The position numbers and the translations under genes were made by a program. The notes beneath the pieces are model-generated. The model saw only the letters and a list, made by a program, of their open reading frames with translations, had not been told where the DNA came from and did not search any database. This document shows positions 55,278 to 58,291 of a DNA stretch of 58,291 nt, one piece after another; position 1 is the stretch's first letter, and each line of letters begins with the position of its first letter. The DNA is from Gemmatimonadales bacterium (GTDB taxonomy: Bacteria; Gemmatimonadota; Gemmatimonadetes; Gemmatimonadales; GWC2-71-9). The stretch spans positions 1 to 58,291 of the forward strand of contig JBBQFH010000018.1 of the NCBI GenBank assembly GCA_038321865.1, given 5' to 3'.

Positions 55278-56177
55278 TTGCTTCTCGTCCGTACCGTGGC
55301 CGGCCTGATCCAGCGGCTGGAAGCGATCTTCCGGGTGGACGGCACCGCGGTGCTGCGCGGCGGGTCGCAGCTGCTGGCGATCTGGCTGCTCGCCTGGGGG
55401 GCGCTCCGCCTGGTCAAGCTGGCGGCGCGGCGGATCGAACTCGCGGTGGACGATCATGACGCGGTCGTGTCCATGCGGGAGAAGCGCGGCAAGACGATCT
55501 CGCAGCTGCTCCGGAGCGCGGGCCGCGTCGCCGTCCTCAGCCTCGCGATTCTCCTCACGCTCAATGTCTTCATCGACATCGGCCCGCTGCTCGGCGGGGC
55601 GGCCGTCATCGGGCTCGCCATCTCGTTTGGCGCGCAGAGCCTGGTCAAGGACGTCATCGCGGGGTTCTTCATGCTGGTCGAGGACCAGTTTGCCCTTGGC
55701 GACGTGGTGGAGGCCGCCGGCAAGAGCGGCGTCGTCGAGAAGATCACGCTGCGGGTAGTCGTGCTGCGGGATCTGGACGGCACGCTGCACACGATTCCGA
55801 ACGGCGAGATCAAGTCGGTGAGTAACAAGACGCGCGGCTGGTCCCGCGCCGTGGTGGACGTCGCGGTCGCCTATGGAGAGGACGTGGACCGCGCGATCGA
55901 GGTGATCCGGGACGAGGCGGAGCGGATGACGCACGACGAGGAGTGGGCCGCGCTGCTCGACGGCATTCCCGAGGTGTGGGGAGTGGAGTCGCTCAGCGAC
56001 AGCGCGACGGTGCTCAGGATGGTGGCCAAGACGCAGCCCGGCTCGCACTGGGGGGTCCAGCGCGAATTCCGCCGCCGGATCAAGAACCGGCTCGACGCCG
56101 AGGGGATCAGGACGCCGCTGCCGAAGGGGCAGGTGAAGGTGCAGGTCGGTGCCGGCGCGGCCGGAGGTGAGGAGTGA
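55278..56177 (+). CDS. Small-conductance mechanosensitive channel (MscS/YbiO-like)
   Basis: GLAISFGAQSLVKDVIAGFF, GDVV, GVVEKITLR, DGTLHTIPNGEI. Confidence 0.92.
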   Translation: MLLVRTVAGLIQRLEAIFRVDGTAVLRGGSQLLAIWLLAWGALRLVKLAARRIELAVDDHDAVVSMREKRGKTISQLLRSAGRVAVLSLAILLTLNVFIDIGPLLGGAAVIGLAISFGAQSLVKDVIAGFFMLVEDQFALGDVVEAAGKSGVVEKITLRVVVLRDLDGTLHTIPNGEIKSVSNKTRGWSRAVVDVAVAYGEDVDRAIEVIRDEAERMTHDEEWAALLDGIPEVWGVESLSDSATVLRMVAKTQPGSHWGVQREFRRRIKNRLDAEGIRTPLPKGQVKVQVGAGAAGGEE

Positions 56178-57703
56178 GCCTTCGCCTGTTCAACACGATG
56201 TCGCGGGCGGTGGAACCTTTCGCGCCCGAGGCGCCGCCCCGGGTGTCGCTCTACACCTGCGGCCCGACGGTCTACAACTACGCGCACATCGGAAATTTCC
56301 GGACATTCCTGTTCGAGGACCTGCTGCGGCGCTGGCTCGAGGCGAGCGGGTTCGACGTCTTCCACGTGATGAACCTGACCGACGTCGACGACAAGACCAT
56401 CAAGGGCGCGACCGCGGCCGGCCGCTCGCTCCGCGATCACGCCGAGCAGTTCATTGCGGCCTTTCATCACGATCGGGCGTATCTGCGCATCCGGGACGCG
56501 GCGGCCTATCCGCGCGCCACCGACTTCATCCCGGCGATGATCCGCCTGGTGCAGCGCCTGCTTGACGCGGGGATCGCCTACACCGGTGACGACGGGTCGG
56601 TCTACTTCGCGATCGCGCGCTTTCCCGGGTACGGGCGCCTCTCCCGACTCGACACCCGCGAACTCAGGGCCGGCGCAAGTGAGCGGGTGAGCGCCGACGA
56701 GTACGCCAAGGAGGACGCCCGCGATTTTGCCCTCTGGAAGGCCGCGAAACCCGAGGACGAAGCGGTGGGCGCGGCGTGGGATACGCCGTTCGGCCGCGGC
56801 CGGCCCGGGTGGCATCTCGAGTGCTCGGCGATGGCGCTCGACCTGCTCCAGGAGAAATGGGGTACCGACGTGCTCGACATTCACGCCGGGGGCGTGGATC
56901 TCATCTTCCCGCATCACGAGGACGAGATCGCACAGAGCTGCGCGTATACCGGAAAGCCGGAGTTCGCGCGGGTGTGGATGCATGGCGAGTTTCTGACGCT
57001 GTCGGGCACCAAGATGTCCAAGCGCTTCGGCAACATCCTCACCGCGCGCGATCTCCAGGTCGAGGGCGTGGACGCGGGCGCGGTGCGCCTCCTGCTGTTC
57101 GGCACCCATTACCGGCAGAAGCTCGACTGGACCGACGACGCGCTCGAGGCCGCGCGCGAAGGTTCCCGCCGGCTCGGCGATTTCCGCGACCGGCTGGTGC
57201 CGATGGCCGGGCATGGACAGGACGACGACCCCGCGATCGCCGCCAGCGCGGCGACCTTCCAGTCCGATTTCGCGGCGGCGCTCGACGACGACCTGAACGC
57301 CCCGCGGGCCCTGGCGGCGCTGTTCGGCTTTGTGCGAGAGGTGAACCGTCTGCTGGATGAAGGGGCGCGTCCGGGCCCGGCGGCGCTCGCGGCCCTGGCC
57401 AGGGCTGAGGCGGTCCTTGACGTCATGCCCGCCCGGAGCAGCCGGGTAAACGTCCCGGCCGCCGGAATTGTGGCTGAGGGTGAGGTCGGCACTGTGACGG
57501 TTCGGAGCGACAGTTACACCTCTGAAACGCCTCCCGCAGACGCCGCGGAGGCCGACCGCTGGGCCGTGACCTGGGCCGCGAGGCGGCGGGAGGCCAAGAC
57601 GGCTCGCAACTACCCCGAAGCCGATCGGATCCGGGCGCTGTTGCGGGCAGGCGGCTATGACGTCCGGGATGGCCGGGACGGCGCGGCAATCGTGCGGCTC
57701 TGA
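56174..57703 (+). CDS. cysS: Cysteine-tRNA ligase
   Basis: YTCGPTVY..HIGN, DFALWK, GRPGWHLECS, DLIFPHHE, KMSKR, ADRIR. Confidence 0.97.
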   Translation: MSLRLFNTMSRAVEPFAPEAPPRVSLYTCGPTVYNYAHIGNFRTFLFEDLLRRWLEASGFDVFHVMNLTDVDDKTIKGATAAGRSLRDHAEQFIAAFHHDRAYLRIRDAAAYPRATDFIPAMIRLVQRLLDAGIAYTGDDGSVYFAIARFPGYGRLSRLDTRELRAGASERVSADEYAKEDARDFALWKAAKPEDEAVGAAWDTPFGRGRPGWHLECSAMALDLLQEKWGTDVLDIHAGGVDLIFPHHEDEIAQSCAYTGKPEFARVWMHGEFLTLSGTKMSKRFGNILTARDLQVEGVDAGAVRLLLFGTHYRQKLDWTDDALEAAREGSRRLGDFRDRLVPMAGHGQDDDPAIAASAATFQSDFAAALDDDLNAPRALAALFGFVREVNRLLDEGARPGPAALAALARAEAVLDVMPARSSRVNVPAAGIVAEGEVGTVTVRSDSYTSETPPADAAEADRWAVTWAARRREAKTARNYPEADRIRALLRAGGYDVRDGRDGAAIVRL

Positions 57704-57789
57704 CCCCGATTGTCCCCTTGAAACGGAGGCCCTCCGGCACTACTTTCCTGACAGGTCGAAGCCCTTCCGCAATTCGCAGACCCCGCCAG

Positions 57790-57818
57790 TTGACTCATCG
57801 CAAGTCGCCATTTATCAT
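57790..57818 (+). promoter_or_regulatory. Sigma70 promoter of the tRNA operon (TTGACT-N17-TATCAT)
   Basis: Near-consensus -35 and -10 with a 17-nt spacer, 29 nt before the first tRNA. Confidence 0.75.
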
Positions 57819-57847
57819 ACGAGTCTGTCTTTTTCGGCCTATTTCTG

Positions 57848-57920
57848 GCTGACGTAGCTCAATTGGCAGAGCAGCTGATTTGTAATCAGCAGGTTAGGGG
57901 TTCGATTCCCCTCGTCAGCT
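57848..57920 (+). tRNA. tRNA-Thr(TGT)
   Basis: Acceptor GCTGACG/CGTCAGC; anticodon stem GCTGA-TT TGT AA-TCAGC; TTCGA loop; no encoded CCA. Confidence 0.97.
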
Positions 57921-58013
57921 CGGTGAAGCCGACACCCGCGTCGGAGTTCGCGCAGAGCGGGGAGGATCGGAGTGTGGTAGAGGCAGCGTGCGTCGGGCGT
58001 GGCAGGCAGGTGC

Positions 58014-58097
58014 GGTGGGGTGACCGAGTGGCTAATGGTAGCAGACTGTAAATCTGCCGGGCTCTGCCCTACGTAGGTTCGAATCCTACCCCCACCA
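58014..58097 (+). tRNA. tRNA-Tyr(GTA)
   Basis: Acceptor GGTGGGG/CCCCACC; GCAGA-CT GTA AA-TCTGC; long variable arm. Confidence 0.97.
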
Positions 58098-58119
58098 TGG
58101 ATGCTGGGAGAGGGACATC

Positions 58120-58192
58120 GCGGGTGTAGCTCAGTTGGTAGAGCATCAGCCTTCCAAGCTGAGGGTCGCGGGTTCGAGCCCCGTCGCCCGCT
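58120..58192 (+). tRNA. tRNA-Gly(TCC)
   Basis: Acceptor GCGGGTG/CGCCCGC; TCAGC-CT TCC AA-GCTGA. Confidence 0.97.
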
Positions 58193-58208
58193 TAGGGAAC
58201 AGAAGGGC

Positions 58209-58281
<73 letters not shown>

Positions 58282-58291
58282 TGGATCACGA

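Noticed and set aside
57863..58051. 62-aa ORF MAEQLICNQQV...
   Set aside because: It is a translation of the tRNA-Thr and tRNA-Tyr genes

Overview
A GC-rich bacterial chromosomal segment. Gene content and order suggest Gemmatimonadota, but this is an inference. Most of it is housekeeping: fadD-like ligase, ligA, pyrimidine-nucleoside phosphorylase, recF-dciA-gyrB, glpK, uvrA, cysS and the Thr-Tyr-Gly-Thr tRNA cluster that usually precedes tuf. No mobile element or CRISPR array is visible. Two loci stand out. (1) 28.2-39.3 kb: a variant cytochrome c maturation operon (Cys-type CxxxY CcmE, CcmF, a Tat-signal Cys-rich CcmH-like protein, two double-zinc-ribbon accessory proteins). It is divergent from a four-gene porin-multiheme cytochrome cluster with 45 putative heme sites: a 9-heme lipoprotein, a 20-heme inner-membrane NapC/NirT-like fusion, a beta-barrel and a 16-heme repeat cytochrome. 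This is a candidate extracellular electron-transfer conduit whose architecture does not match MtrCAB. (2) 47.8-54.7 kb: an ECF-sigma-type promoter precedes a tightly packed tandem array of five small paralogous membrane proteins plus a 39-aa sixth fragment. They share a C-terminal (E/D)LxERxDFxERLLA coiled-coil motif (PspB-like) and sit directly upstream of a CesT/YbjN chaperone, PspA and a coupled transporter operon. This looks like an expanded, diversified phage-shock/envelope-stress sensor system. Start codons were refined by eye; no database searches were possible.
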